Below are positions 23,846 through 24,000 of a DNA stretch of 24,000 nucleotides, piece by piece. A program made the translations under genes and the position numbers. Location of the stretch: NCBI GenBank assembly GCA_001873995.1, contig MNVR01000014.1, forward strand, positions 1 to 24,000, written 5' to 3'. The first letter of the stretch is position 1. Every line of letters starts with the position of its first letter. The DNA is from Candidatus Phelpsiimicrobium noxiivivens (GTDB lineage: Bacteria; Omnitrophota; Gorgyraeia; Velamenicoccales; Velamenicoccaceae). The notes beneath the pieces are model-generated. The model searched no databases and had not been told where the DNA came from. It saw nothing but the letters and a program-made list of their open reading frames with translations.

Positions 23846-23874
23846 TTGACAGACAATAGGTTATGTGATATTCT
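23846..23874 (+). promoter_or_regulatory. Sigma70-type promoter for the PilZ gene
   Basis: TTGACA (23846-23851), a 17-nt spacer, then TGa-TATTCT (hexamer 23869-23874). The ATG at 23891 follows. Confidence 0.5.
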
Positions 23875-23890
23875 TGCTTTGAAAATAGAT

Positions 23891-24000
23891 ATGGAAATCT
23901 CAGAGAAAAGACAATCCAAGCGGTTAAAAGTAAATCTTCCGATATCTTACGAATATCTGGGAAACCAAAAAGATTTCGGTGAAACAGTATCAAAAGACTT
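23891..24000 (+). CDS. PilZ-domain protein, N-terminal fragment (runs off the window)
   Basis: MEISEKRQSKRLKVNLPISYEYLGNQKDFGETVSKD carries the RxxxR c-di-GMP switch motif (RQSKR) followed by the typical first beta-strands. Confidence 0.6.
   Translation, partial: MEISEKRQSKRLKVNLPISYEYLGNQKDFGETVSKD

Noticed and set aside
1-24000. CRISPR arrays, rRNA genes, transposase/IS elements, toxin-antitoxin pairs and long direct repeats.
   Set aside because: I saw no spaced direct repeats or matching ORFs. The only non-coding stretches longer than 100 nt are explained by the riboswitch, the MITE-like insert, the palindrome plus pfk promoter, the tRNA region and the divergent promoter region.

Overview
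Compact window: 32 CDS and 1 tRNA, with about 1.06 kb (roughly 4%) outside CDS by my count of the gaps. 31 of the 32 CDS lie on the + strand, and 12 co-directional junctions overlap. The content is mostly core metabolism and envelope functions of a diderm-type bacterium. In order: a 5'-truncated cobalamin riboswitch with terminator, a BtuB-like TonB-dependent receptor and TonB; rpsU (missing from the ORF track); a xylose-isomerase-like TIM-barrel protein overlapping a Memo/AmmeMemoRadiSam-B homologue; DUF1844; a Trm112-like mini-protein (missing from the track); aroQ, an M24 peptidase, efp, accB and accC; Asp23 and an AmaP-like protein; a PFK with a PPi-type signature; gmhA and rfaE2; a ThiE-N-domain-like ORF, thiE and thiC; tRNA-Gly(CCC); an NlpD-like protein; a COG1672/DUF234-type ATPase; a metallophosphoesterase, a HIT protein, a dGTPase-like protein and a GAF-HD-GYP protein; a SPOR protein; a PVC-type small basic protein; an M50 protease; aroB; then a convergent GspB-like membrane protein and the start of a PilZ gene. 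I found no CRISPR array, rRNA, integrase, transposase ORF or recognisable defence island. I cannot point to a convincing new multi-gene system. The items most worth a second look are (1) a 122-bp MITE-like insert with perfect 14-bp inverted termini and a TAAA duplication exactly at the accB|accC junction, (2) an uninterrupted run of an orphan ATPase plus four nucleotide-phosphohydrolases, (3) a TIM-barrel/Memo overlapping pair lacking the usual AmmeMemoRadiSam partners, and (4) a thiE that looks split by one base in an A5 run. The small basic protein weakly suggests a PVC-group or Omnitrophota-like origin, but that is inference only.
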